DNA of 64,000 nucleotides from Lytechinus pictus (GCF_037042905.1 NC_087252.1:16680001-16744000), one strand, 5' to 3'; positions 1 to 13,483 are shown, counted from the stretch's first letter. Notes: generated by a model from the sequence alone, not told the origin. Numbers and translations: made by a program.

Positions 1-2701
1 ATTTGAGTGAAACTTAACTGGAATCCACCCCCGGAGTAGAATTTGAATTCGTGATTGTGATTAGCGTTCGTGATTCTAGTTTGGTTTCACACTTGCTAAA
101 AGTTCGCCATTAGCCTTATTCTTCAATGGAATTGTCATTCTAATTACGATTTTTTCCGTGTAAAAGGGCCGTAATTTCAAGGGAATGCACACCCCTACAA
201 AAATATTGGGGTGCTTCAGCTTCCTGGGAGCGCGGGGGTAGGCCTTATAAATATACATGTAAGTCTAATATTTGGTCTTGAGGTTAATTCAAGGTGATGG
301 AGAGCCTTTAGCCAGCTAAGAATGTGAAGAAACGAGCTTTTGAATATATTTCTACTATTTTTTAAATCTTTAAATCCATCTATACATGTGCACAGCGGTG
401 TATGACACTCACTTTGCGCGTCTTTCATACCTATCCTCGCTTTACCTGTCTCTCTCCCCCTCTTTCTCTCCTTTATTCTTTCTCTCTCGTGATCTCTCTC
501 TATTTATTTTTCTCTTTCTTTCCCTCTACCTCCATCTTTGCCTAGTTCTCCCTCTCTCCCTCTCTGTATTTATTTTTGTCTTTCATCATGTTTTAGTCGT
601 TCTAGTATTTGATAAAAAAGAACAAAAACATGTTTTTTTTTTCAGGCAATCGTTAAAACTCAGTGCTTTTTTTAATGGTTTATTTATTTTATGACCAGAA
701 AAATTGGCAAAACAATAACATTTCTTATGAAAAATATTCATATATAAGGTTACATGCTAAATATACTAATCAATCTGATCAATTATAATAGTTTTAGAAA
801 CTAAACCCCGTCTCCGTGAAGAAGGAACCCAAAAAAAATACAAGTATATATTTTTCAGAATTAAACTTTCTTCGTTAACCATGAATATTACCGTTCTTAA
901 TGAACACACACACACCCACCCATCCATACACACCATAAATTCAGCTCAATATAATCTAAATGACGATATGCCATGAGCGCTTCTACCGTCAGACAAAGTG
1001 CCATTTAATAGCTGTAGACTTCGTTTCATTCTTGGATAATAAACTAGCACCGTGTATATTTAGAATTACAACAAAAGTTTATAAAATAGTGTACGAAAAA
1101 TATGTGTTTGATATTTTGCAAAAGTGATACTGTGCTCACCGGAATAGGACTAGATTGTTTGCCGGAATCGCCTATATCTTTTTTTTCTCTCTTCTAAAGT
1201 ATCTTTTGCTTGATGCAGCCCGGTAATTATGGAAATGAAATAAGAAATCGGATGAAAATTCACGACTCATATTCATTTTATTTAGATCAACTTCCAAAAA
1301 CAGATACATGTAACTGACAATTTTCTTTGACGAGCTTTTTTTCAAATTTCCTATCAATTTTGAAAAAAATGTTTATACACCTCAATCAATAAAAAAAATA
1401 ATGCTTGTGATATTTGGTTGTTCCTAACTATAACGCGCCATATATGTTTGACACGTCATTCATGGCTCTAATACACACGAAAACTACATAGAGATATACA
1501 TTATATAAGTACAATATCATGATATAGAATGAAAAAAAAACCAATTACTATACATAAAAATAAGTACACCATCAGTAATTAATACCTAAATACTAATGTG
1601 ATTATATGTACATGTAAAAAGTGTAACAAATGAATTATATCAAAATGTTTTAACAACCTACGGTATAACCGTAGCTCCATGGTATAACGAAGATCACTGG
1701 GATTGCATTGTAAAGATATGCTTTAGTAACAATGACGGGCTAATAATAGACTTTAGAATGTTTAGAGACGTCGTTCCCATGTAGAATGCTTTGTGAAACC
1801 TAATTAATATAAGTATTTTTACTGCTTCAAAGGAGTAATGGACCGAACTGGTTTTAACTCAAAGGCATCCTCTTTTCCCGACTATGGCCCTGCGATAGTT
1901 TCATTTTCACTTTACAGAGAGAGAGAGGGGGATGGGGGAGGGGTTCGGGTGGGGGAGGACTATTCTACTAAACTGCAGGTCTCTGTATTTTAACTGATGC
2001 GATATATTCAGTTACTTTTATCTTCGTTATGTAGATTATCTTGCAGACCATGGTTGAAACGAATGACCAAAGAAAATAATATATGTCCACGACATAAACT
2101 AAACACGAATTAAACTGTGTTTATTTTATTTAGCCTTTTACTATACACTTCTTATTTTTAGTTAGAAATGAAAATAATGTGACGAAGACGAAAAACCCGC
2201 AACCTTTTGGTAATAATGGTTGGTTTTGGTATCTAGAATGAGAAAGACACCTTTATGCTGAGCCGCCAAATAGATTTTTGGTTTAAAACGGTTTTACACT
2301 TGTATTAATGTTCGATTGTCTACCACTCTACCAATTTAAAGATTTTGAATACATTTTAAGATTAGGAAATAATTTTCAGAATGAATGAAAAACAATATCA
2401 AACAGACATTATGTTATGAAAAATATTTGATCTTAAGTTTTACATTTACGTGAAAGTTTGAAGTTACAATTGTTAAGATTTTAACAAAGACCCCGATAAA
2501 ACCGATTTTCTTTCGCTATGTTTGCTCGAATCTTTAAAGATGCACGATCTTAGGATTCAAGGAGGCGCGGCTGGACATACGTACGCCGTGTGGACGGCGC
2601 CATGCAAATTACGTCGATGATCTTCGTAATGAAGATATCGGCGAGAACAAACTGTTCAACAGCGTCGGATATCGTGCACCTTTAAATGGTGGCGACCAAA
2701 C

Positions 2702-3763
2702 CTAATCATCAGTCTTAATGATAACATTACTTGCCTCCCCTTCCCATAACTCACCCTTCCCGTGTGCCACAGCCAGTTTGCCCTTCTTGTTCTTCGCTAC
2801 AAAAATCATATCTCTAAAGTACACCTTCTGGAAATGTGCTATGGATGTGTAGCCTTTATACACTATCAACTGAAACTCATCACGTTGGCCTTGGCCTGCT
2901 GACATGTTAAACTCCTCATGGTCGTTTCTCCTATATTCATTCCAATAAGATTTATAGTACAATGTATCCCTTTTGTTATATGTACTAAAGCAAACCTCCC
3001 GGTCTATTTGACCAATTTTCAGATAGGCCCAATTGTCATCGGGCCCTTTCATGCCCAGCCTGGTTGCAATCGTAGCGTCAATCACCTTGCCTACTCCCCA
3101 TCCAGCTACACCTACAACGGCGCCCATTGCTGCACCTGGTGGACCCGCTATCAAGGCCCCGGCAGCAGCTCCCCCGGCCGCTGCTCCGCCTACTGCAATC
3201 GTGTTCTTGGCATGGTGGTTCTCAATTCCCAATTTCCCAGTTACATTCTCGGCGACAGCTTGCCCCACCGCAGCGGAGATACCAGGTACCAACAATGCAA
3301 TCTTGCCAGCATTAGCAAGAATCTGTGGTGCAGCTCCTTCAACAGCTGCCCGAACCCCTGCTTCCGCTCCTCTAGCGCCGAACTGAGCAGCAGCCAAGCG
3401 AATAGACCCATCGGCAACCACGACCGCCATACGACGACCAAACTGACCTACGCCACCCCGTACAGTGGCGTTCAGAATTTGCCGAGCCACAATGGCATGT
3501 GCTTGCTTCTCAATGAACTGAGCGGCAGCTGTTCTTCCCATTCCCTTCAGAACTTTTTCAAAGGTCTTCTCAATTTCGTGTTTACTTGCTTCAAGTGCCT
3601 CTTCATTTTTGTTGAGTAGTTCGACTGCTTGCTTCCGGGCCGCTTCTCTCTCGGGGTGAGCGAAGTGTCCAAACTTGGCTAGGTAGATCTCTTCGAATTC
3701 TACCATTCGCGTATCATAGCTCATGTCAAAGATGTCCTTTTCTAGAAAAAACTGCGAAGCCAT
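2702..3763 (-). CDS. Intronless 353-aa uncharacterised protein: helical N-terminus, Gly/Ala-rich glycine-zipper hydrophobic hairpin, aromatic-rich C-terminal domain
   Basis: Longest ORF in the window, visibly GC-richer than its flanks, good start context (agaATGG). Protein-like composition including GGAAAGGAAAGALIAGPPGAAMGAVVGVAGWGVG (repeated GxxxG). Candidate AATAAA on the minus strand at 2120-2130. Confidence 0.85.
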   Translation of the reverse strand: MASQFFLEKDIFDMSYDTRMVEFEEIYLAKFGHFAHPEREAARKQAVELLNKNEEALEASKHEIEKTFEKVLKGMGRTAAAQFIEKQAHAIVARQILNATVRGGVGQFGRRMAVVVADGSIRLAAAQFGARGAEAGVRAAVEGAAPQILANAGKIALLVPGISAAVGQAVAENVTGKLGIENHHAKNTIAVGGAAAGGAAAGALIAGPPGAAMGAVVGVAGWGVGKVIDATIATRLGMKGPDDNWAYLKIGQIDREVCFSTYNKRDTLYYKSYWNEYRRNDHEEFNMSAGQGQRDEFQLIVYKGYTSIAHFQKVYFRDMIFVAKNKKGKLAVAHGKGELWEGEASNVIIKTDD

Positions 3764-4240
3764 TCTATTTCATCAACTTCCGTACTCTACTTGGTCAAAC
3801 GTGTTTCCCAAAAGTCTGGAGGGAAGAAAATAAATCATGAGAAAAATTGTACATTCATCGTCTAATTCACGACATGGTGGAGAACCCAGTTTTCTAATTG
3901 AGAAACACTTTATGTGATCATGGCTATGTGCTTCGAGAAAAGACTGAGAATAGCTCTTATTAAAAGACAATTAAGATATCAGCTACCGTGTTAGAACCTG
4001 AACTATGCATGGCGAAGGTCACGACGACACGACAACTCCACACATTTACGATAAACGAAGACGACTTCGATAGCCGCAATACAATTGGACACAGACGCAT
4101 GGACAGACGGAAGAGCAGACGGAGGGACAATGGGACAAGGACATCAATGAAAATTACATTAAACGGAAGCATGACAAGAAACCATCACAAAAGATGCAGA
4201 TCACCAGTACAACTACAACATAAATCCCGAAGTAAAGAAT

Positions 4241-4272
4241 GAATGACTTTGACTCTTCCCCCTGAATATATA
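4241..4272 (-). promoter_or_regulatory. Candidate core promoter (TATA box + Inr) of the 353-aa gene
   Basis: Minus strand reads TATATAttcagggggaagagtcaaagTCATTC; the TATA start (4272) lies 28 nt upstream of the Inr A (4244), canonical spacing. Confidence 0.5.
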
Positions 4273-5665
4273 ATAACACTGGACATTACTTTAATTGTGC
4301 TATTCATTATACTCAATTTTAATCATTCTTTGAAGACATCTTCTTCATCTCTGATCGGTAAGTGAAACCATTTTCTTTATTGTTCCACCGGCAAATGAGA
4401 GAGTGCGAGAGGTCGTATTTAATTTAGTGTCTGTTACATGTGTGTAATTGTATTTTCATTGTACACACTTTAATTAATTTGTTATAATAACATCATCTTT
4501 ATCCTTTTTATTTGACATTGGAAATAGCAAGATTCCAAAATATTGACACACACTTACTCTAACCAGATTCTTAATTTTGATTAAAAATTGACCATGATGA
4601 ATATTAAACCACCTTTATGACCTAAGACGAAGTCATTGACATGACAATTCCAAAGAATACTGAGCTAGATAAGGATCAACCAAGTTAATGTAACATGTGA
4701 TATTTCATTATTTCTCAAACAACATTTGGATGTGATGTAATAAAGGTAGATGATATTATGAAGCAAGAATGTTTTCTGTTTCAATCAAAATCATGATGAT
4801 GTTGTTTTGGTTAACATTAACATGTAAAAGCAAAGCATTTCCAGTGATGAATGATACTGGACTACACATAGGCCTTATGTGTCAAGAAATACATTTTTAT
4901 GTTGGTTTTTATTATTTTCTTTTGGTATTTCGCCGCTTTGTGTATAGCATGAATATAAATCAAGTTTGAAAGTACTTGAAATTACCGATTTAAGACATTA
5001 TCCGAGCAAATTTGCAGTGAAACTCGTACAAAGTAGGATGATTTGGTTAGTGCGTAAAACTATTGTTTATATACTTCAGAATTGGAAGTGGAAATAGTTG
5101 CACATCTCCCTAAGATATGAGAACGCCCGCAGCTCGAAAACTGATTGATTTATATGATATTATTGTTGAGTAACACTTAGCTGTAACATATCATAATGTA
5201 TATTGATCCTGTTCTGAGACATCTCAAATTGCCCAAATCCTACTGACGAAATAGTATAATTGTTTGTAAGAACAAAATATTATTTTATAAGAACATCTTG
5301 TTTCCAATTATCAGATATTTCATTGATTATGATCTGAATATAGGATATATATTTTTTTCAATTTAATTTAATATATTTAAGGTAAAATTGATATGACTAA
5401 AGTTATTTTTGTGTTTCATATTTTTCATCTTGTATATGTATTTCTCACACTATGTTATTTTAGGTTTAGTTGATATATTTTGATAGTATAGGTTAACCAC
5501 TGCTACTGTAGGAGTGTTAAGGAATCTATAGTTCAGTAGAAGGTAAATTAAAAAGTTTCACAAATATTATTTTGTTTTATATGAATTTTAATTAACTCAA
5601 TTGGACCATTATTTCAATATTTTTTTAACAAATGTGGAAAAGCCACATTTTCTAACAAAAGGGGA

Positions 5666-6280
5666 TGTTATGTGATGATAAGACATATCTCACATATTCA
5701 ATAATATATCAATACATAATCAATACTTAATCAATGCTTCTGCAGGAAGTATAACAGGAAACTATATGTCTACCAATTCCAACTTCCTTAAGAAAGTATT
5801 ACTCATCCATCTTTCAGCTAAACTTCTGACCACACACATTTTAGGGGTTTGTTATTCACTACATTTCATGTTCTCCCTATAAGGTCACTCCCCCAATTCA
5901 GAGTAAAGTTATGACGCACAGATTGTTTTGGTCAAGCGTCCAAGGTTGACCAACACCTGTTTGTTTGTAAAGAGTCTGGACCAGACCAATATAAAAGGGG
6001 TTCACTTCTGAACCAAGGCAGATTACTTTAGACTGTTCCAGCATACAGATAGATTAGAGATTGGAGTTTAGAGCTACATAAAAGTATACTACATCAGTTT
6101 GCAGCATTTATATTATCTTCATCTTCAGAGTATAGTCACCATCAGACTTACTCATGTATTTGTCATTATCATCAAGTAATCATCTAAATGTATATATGAA
6201 CTGTACATCCTGCATCGACTCGTCTCATTTCAAGTCTGGTTGAAAATAGAAAGAGCATTAGATCCAACGACAACACAACA
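5666..6280 (+). mobile_element. Probable 3' LTR of an LTR retrotransposon (615 bp)
   Basis: Begins TGTTATGT, ends ACACAACA (TG..CA with short inverted termini); immediately preceded by a polypurine tract AAAAGGGGA (5657-5665); internal TATAAAAG near 5990. No TSD, as expected for a 3' LTR rather than a solo LTR. Confidence 0.55.
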
Positions 6281-7479
6281 TTATTTGTAAATGGCCTAAA
6301 TATAGTTCAGGATAGGCCCCATTGAAAACTGACTAAACCTTGTTTTTTCATTATATACAATATTTTTTGATGGTTTCTTGTCAATTCGAGGGTGCTGATT
6401 ACGAATCTGAATGATGCCACTCGTGTAACTTTGAGCATTTTCCGCAAATTGGTAAAATCCAATATGGCCGCCAAAATATGCAAATTGCCCATGAAAATCA
6501 TAAAATTACCCGCACATTGGTTATAAAATGTATGCATTTGTGTTGCAGGAGTGAAATACTCTCTGAAAAAAACGACTTTTGACAAAAAAAAATATTTTCT
6601 AAATATTCAAAATGGCCGCCATAGACCCATGTATTCTATATTATGTACAATATGAATGGGGAAAACAAAATTTCACAAAAGTTTGCACTAAATGCAAGTA
6701 ATTGTAATTTTTAGTGAAATAGTTGATCGAAAACATGATTGCTAACGAAATGTATCATTTGTTATGTCATGTATGTAATAAATGAAGCATTTTTATATAA
6801 AAAAATCCACCAATTGCCCTGACCATATTATGTACAATGTTCATGGGGACAAAAGATAATCGCAAGAATAAGTACTAAAATGCATATTAATAGTATTAAG
6901 ATAAGCAATGGCTAAAACATAATTTTTAACGAAATAAAAATGCAATTTATGTGATAAATGCTGTATTTTGACATTCAAAATGGCCGCCATAAGCCCATTA
7001 TACGTTATGTACAATGCGATTGGAGAAATTAATTTTCACAAGAGTAAGAACTATAAAATGCATGTAATTGTGATCACCGAGTAAAATAATGTCTGAAAAC
7101 ATGTATTCTAGCGAAACATATCATTTCTTTTGTCATGCATGAGATAAATGCTGTATAATTGTGAAATTCAAAATGGCCCCTATAGGCCCTAACAGTATTA
7201 TCTATAATGTACATTAAATGGGGACATGTAATTTTGTAAGAATTTGGATTTACTTGACTATGAAATCCATAAAGTCCTGTCGCGCGACAACTGTCAGCGC
7301 TGACTAAAATTGTCAGCGCTGACAAAATTGCGTTTCATCAAACTCTCGGAGCTCCTCTGACTATTGTCAGAGAATTTTTGTTTTACAAATCGTCTTGAAC
7401 GAGGTTCGCTGACTAATTAGGCCACGCCCACTCCCAAAGTTGTGAAAAAGATGTAAAATTGGTTGATGTTTTCGCCGCG

Positions 7480-10400
7480 ACGATTCGAAATGAAACGAAG
7501 AAATGAGAAGAAGCGAAGGTCCCCGGAGAGGTGAATGAGGATTTTACCGTAAGTAAAACCCTTCAAAATGTCGTTCATATTGTATGTAAGGTGATTGAAT
7601 TATTCGTTGTGCGTAATTATCAAATGAATTACAAGAAAAGAGGATCTTCTGGCAGGACCCCTGTCGATACGATCGGTGAACTTGACAGCACATAATCCAG
7701 TCTAGTCCCATACCCGTGTTTCTGTGTCTGTAGAACTATCTCAGGTCCAAACTAACGACACGGCTCACGGCTGTCACGTTTTTATGATCCGCACATGGCT
7801 ACAATTTTATAAATTTTGCAAAGAGAATTCTTTATATTGTTCTACCTTTATGTTATTCTATGTTGCAAATCATATTTTTTCATTTCCTTTGGTTTTGTAA
7901 TAATTTTGTTGCTCGGTGTGGTCGGAGATATCCTTGATCACCAGGCAAACCAGCGTGTGCAATTGTAAATGTACACATATCCAATGGGGCCATCCTAATT
8001 CTGTGTTACAGAAATAGGAATTGAACAGGAGCTAAATCACATGGTAATAGTGTGAGTGGGAAATTTGCAAAGTGGATGTTCTCAACTATTAATGTAGGCT
8101 TAGCCTTAGCAAGTCACAAGTCGAATGAAGTGAAGGCTCTCGACAGCTGGCGAGGATTCGGGGGGGGGGGGTGATGCGATTGTGGCAGAGGTGCGTTCAC
8201 ACCCAATAAAAATTAAAATCTAGATATAAAAAAATTATTAGATCTAAGTTTTAAATAGTGCAACCGGCCCGTGGCCGTACTGGTATAGCTTATAGGCCTA
8301 GATCTATCTTAAATTATCTTTGACTTTGCGCACCCGAGTGAAATGAGCCATTGCATAGCTCCCTTTTTAAAAAAATATTGATCGTCCAATTTGGGGGAGA
8401 CGAAATAATGCTCTTCATTTGTGTGCGATTATGAAGTTTGTTATGCTTTTATTTTTCTAAGTCAATTTTTTTGACAAATTACTATTTAGCATGAATCTGC
8501 AATAGCATCGGTGTTATTGGGGTAAATAAATTAAATTATTGTTGATAATGTCTCTTAATCTATTTTTTGAAAAATACTGTCGTACCACATAAAGTTAGAG
8601 TCTAGTCATACCTAACCTTAAATAGCATGTAAAGGTTAAAGGTCTCTTCATTAGAAAAAAATATAGGAGAATATGGAATGGATCTCATCAATCCCAAGTA
8701 TTTTTCTGCCTTGAATATCAGTTTCATTAAACAAAGGTCACAGTCCAGAAATAGTTTACAGTTTGATGGGGATGCAATTTGCTGCAGTTATGAATTAGGA
8801 GCCTATTCATATTTTTTATTAATTTGATCGTGGCTTTTAACCGGCAAGGTATCCAAGCGCTATTGAGTTAGAAAAAAAACTTTTATTTTTATTTTTGAAT
8901 AAAAAAAAAAAATTATTGAAAAAGCTGTTTTACTATTTTGTATGGTTAATGTGTTAATTACCGTCTTGTTTATAATCAAGTGAAAATTATATGAATTAAC
9001 AAGGATAAATTGTTGACCGATTGTTGGTAAATTCTATAAATTTCAGGATAATAAAAGAAGAAAAATGATTGGTATATTCGATCATTCCCCTTTATGAAAT
9101 GTCAACAATATTCATTGAAAGTGCAGTATTTTTCAATGATCACTGTAAATCTACATATTTTCTTTGCTACATGTATAACAATGTGATATTATTAATATTT
9201 TAATTTCAGACTATGGACATTTGAACAGTATGCAGAAGAAGACGGATCTGGAACTAGAAAGCAAGGCTCTGACTGGTCTACTACAGCAAGGAATGTGCCA
9301 GCGGCCAATCTGATGAACATGTGACAGAAGATTTGGCAATGGGTGAAGAAATACTGAGATTGAAATGCAACCACAGGTAACATGTAGACTAGTAAAATGC
9401 GATAATGATTAAAAAATAATGAAGGATATTGTTTTGGTTGCAGAATGTAAAATCATAAAAACCCACATCAATGACAATGAAATCGGACTGTGACCAGATT
9501 TTCTATTTAAAGTCAGTTTGAAATGCAAACATTACATAAGCATGAAAGACATAATAGATTCAATATATTTTGCATGTTAGCTGCAGGGCTGACCAATGCA
9601 AAAAATCATAAGCAGATGGTCAATTTTACATTTTTGTACATGGTTTTGGAAAACAGTGCGGGGGCTGAAAAATATGAAATGACCATCTGGTTACGATTTT
9701 TTGCATGGTCAGCCCGCTCACTGTAAAAACCGTTCCGCTGACCCTGCAACTAACATGCACCCCCCCCCCGGTTTCCGGAGCCCCTGCTCTCACCCCTTAA
9801 TCCATTTAGCACTACTTGCTCATGTGTATGTACATACAAGCTACATTGTGAGGAATAATTTCACTTTTTAAGTTTCTCAGCCAGAGCATATGTCATTTAC
9901 TATTGTTTGTATTTTTTATTAACATAATAAAAACTTGAACCCTTTATTAACCCCCTTCTATATGAAACCTGGTAATCAAAATATGTTTTATTTCCTGTTT
10001 TTAGACATGTACATATACATGTGAGAAGAAATACCAGATTATGGCAAATATTTTAATTAGTTATTTCAATACTATTTTTCCTTCAGGTGGAGGCTTCAAC
10101 CAAACTTTTCAGACAGACATGAGATACAAAGTTACACAAGTATAAATGGTTGAAGGTTTAGGAGAGCCAGACAAGAAGGCAGGAAATGTGATGTCACTTG
10201 TAAGTTAAAACACACTCAATTATGACTGCCTCACTTTGGCGAAGAAAGTAAAGTCACATTAAAAAAAATATTAAATTACTGGTACTGCTCTCTTCTTTAT
10301 TTGGTCTACTCAAATATTTGAAAACAATGACATCTATAAGTGCTTAGATGCTTAATTGATTAATGGTGATATTTATTGGACAGTTGTAAAACAACCAATA

Positions 10401-11780
10401 TCAATCAATGCTAGATGGTGTGACTTGCTTTCTATTGCCAAAGTAGTAAATGAATGTTCCATTGTTCTGCATTCCTATTAGACCCCCGCCCCATCACCAT
10501 CTGCTTTGTATGGGAGTAACACTGGAAGATTACCCCCCCCCAAAAAAAAAAAAAAAAAAAAAATATATATATATCTCTTGTAGGCCTGTATAAATGTAAT
10601 GCCTACAAAAGCAGTCATGAAACCTCATTAATTCAAACGATCTTGGTAGGGGGGGGGGTGCCTCAGGATCTTGCCTGTTGATTGTGCACTCGCTTCAGAA
10701 ATCATGCTGCTGTTCCTGATGTTGTTTTTTTTATATTTAATATGATAACATGACTCTTGCATGAAATCAGCATTTGGCTCAAGAAATAAAGACCAAATGT
10801 GATAATTTTGGATTTTGACTCCCTTTCTTTGGTAAACCAATGAGAAAAACCCAAGTCATTAAAATCAATTGTGTATAAAAAAAGAGGAAATTTTAATCAT
10901 TTTCTTATGCATTTCTTTGTTATTAACTTTTTTGTTTTCATTGTTTAATAAGGCTTTGGTGACAATATTTTAACCATTTAGAACTTAAAGTTCTTATTTC
11001 AAACATTAGAAATAAAAAAATGAAAGTTTTAACAATGATAATTAAATTAAGAATAAATGACTGATATCAATAATGATGGAAATTGATATCTTTATTAATA
11101 AAATATCACATGCTCTATAAATTAAATCCATTTCAGTTACTTCAATGAACATGGACAGCAGCAGGAGCAACAACAGCATCAGCAGCTGAAACTACAACTG
11201 CAGTAAGAGATGCAACAACCACAGTGGTAAACATCAACAGCAGTAGCAACAACGACAGTAGAAACAAAGCCAACAGCAAGGATTCTAACAAGCAATCATA
11301 CAAGCAACAACACAAGCGACAACATCAATAGATGCATCAGGAGATGCAACAGCCACACTCGTAAACAGCAGCAGTAGCAGCGATGACAACAGCAACCACA
11401 CAGGCAACACCTTGAGCAACATCAGTAGCAAAAATAACTAATTGCACCAGGAGATGCAACAACCACACCCACAACACCAAGAGCAGCAAAAACAAACAGC
11501 AATTCCAGCAATCACGATGACAACAGCAGCAGCAACACCAACAACACTAATGAACATTGAAAAAACTTGTACAAAAGTCAATGAGGTCGCATTTTTCAGA
11601 CATCAGACATTATTGATTAAAAAATGCACAAAGATTTATTTGGGTTAAAGAAAATTAAGTTTGAAAAAATGTGTACATTTGAAGATGTTTCCTATGTATT
11701 GATTGGTATAATATAGTTTTAAAGATGAAAATATTATTCTTGAAATGTCTACTTTTTATTTGTCATTGACTAAAAATAAA
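7480..11780 (+). ncRNA. Putative spliced non-coding transcription unit inside the Harbinger-like element
   Basis: Donor cc|GTAAGT at 7548/9; exons 9210-9376 (tttcAG..cag|GTAACA) and 10087-10199 (cttcAG..|GTAAGT); terminal exon from 11137 (tttcAG); AATAAA 11775-11780; GC box 7421-7429 and ATTGG 7458-7462 upstream. No long ORF. The start coordinate is approximate. Confidence 0.4.
11150..11560 (+). repeat. Degenerate (CAG/CAA)n low-complexity region
   Basis: cagcagcag/caacaaca runs with a recurring gagatgcaac motif. Confidence 0.8.
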
Positions 11781-13483
11781 TACATTTTCTTTGAATTTTC
11801 TCAATGAAATGAAAAATAAGCAATTTATTAAAATGTTATATTCAAAATCAACTGAAATTAATCGATTTTAGCTGCAAAGGCCCTCAAAAGGCTGATTAGT
11901 CGGTGAAAATAAGTTTTGTCGGTAGGTGAAGGCCACCGACAAAATTAGTCGGTGGTTTCCAATAATTTGTCGGAAAAAATCACCGACAAATTTTCATGAA
12001 ATGGAATTTAGTCGGTGATGGCAAAATTGTCGGTGAAAATGAAATTAGTCGGTGAAAATCACATTTAGTCGGAGAAAACCACCGACTAATTGTTTGATGA
12101 AACGCCCCCCCGTTGTATGATAAGACATTATTTGAGAACATGATTTTTATGAAAGAAAGCATTTCTTCTGCCATGTTAGTGATAAATACTGTATTTTGAC
12201 ATTCAAAATAGCTGTTACAAGCCCTAACTAAATTATGTTACATGCGTATAGGGAATCTACTTTTTACAAGAGTCAAAATCATAAAATGCAAGTAACTGTG
12301 ATGCATGAGTAAAAATAAATGTCTTAAACATGATTTCTAAATATTGGTAATGGAGGTAATAAATGTTGTACTTTGACATTCAAAATGGCTGCCATAGGCC
12401 CTAAAAGTATTATGTACATTGTAATTTGGGACATAAAATTTTGACAGAATTTGGCTTTGCTTGACTATAAGTATTGCATATAATTGTGATGTAAGAGTGA
12501 AATATTGTCTAAAACCATGGTTCCTAACGAGGTTTGTCATATCTGGTGCATTTAAGGTGATATATGCTGCATTCTGAAATGGAAAATGGCCGCCATTGGC
12601 CATTACTTTACAATTTGAATGAGGACAAATACATTTCACAAAACGGCATATGGCGGCCATTTTGAATTTTGAAATATAACGTTTATCACCTAAATTTTTA
12701 GATGATATGATATATTTTGTTAGTAATCATGTTTTCAGACAATATTTTCCTCATACAACACCATTTAGTCAAGCAAAGCCAAAATCTGTTAAAATAATTT
12801 GTCCCCATTCACATTGTACATGATACTTTTGGGGCATGTAGCGGCCGTTTTGACTTTCAAAATACAGTATTTATTACCTACCTGGCATAAGAACTGATAT
12901 ATCTTGTTAGAAATTATGCTTTCAGACAATATTTTACTCATAGATCACAATTACGTGCATTTATAGTGCTCACTCGTGTGAAAATTTATTTCCTAGTTCG
13001 CATTGTACATAATACAATCAATGTCTATGGCGGCCATTTTGAAAGTCAAAATACAGTATTAAACACAAACTTTAAAACTGAATGATTTTTTTCGTAAAAA
13101 TTGTGTTTTTTAGACAGTATCCCATTTATTCATCACAAATAAATGCATTTCAGTGCTCACTCCTGTGATTTCGTTGGTCCTCTTTTTCATTGTACATAAT
13201 ACTGTTAGGGCCTTCGGCGGTCATTTTGAATATCAATATACAGCATTTATCACATACATGGCATATCAAATAATGTACAGTGTATCTCGTTAGCAATTGT
13301 GTTTTTAGTCAATATTCCACTCGTTTCTCTTAATAATATGCATTTTTGTTGGCCCCTTTGCCATAGAAAATAATACTATTTGGGCCAGTGGCAGCTATTT
13401 TTAATATTAAATACAACAATTTTCCCATACATGACATAATAAAGGATATATCATGTTAGCATTGATGATTATCGTATATTACT

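Larger units (their letters stand above)
7280..12110. mobile_element. Nested PIF/Harbinger-like non-autonomous element with damaged left end
   Basis: Absent from the paralogous site in copy 2 (empty site at 47551-47553). Right end ...TTTGATGAAACGCCCCCC; subterminal tgtcagcgctgac and ttagtcggtgaaaat repeats; target CTG (left)/CCG (right) resembles the CWG TSD of some Harbingers. Confidence 0.65.

Noticed and set aside
386..694. 102-aa hydrophobic ORF
   Set aside because: Translation of a CT-rich low-complexity tract.
2918..3619. 233-aa and 117-aa ORFs antisense to the 353-aa gene
   Set aside because: Shadow ORFs of a GC-rich Gly/Ala coding strand; no recognisable features.
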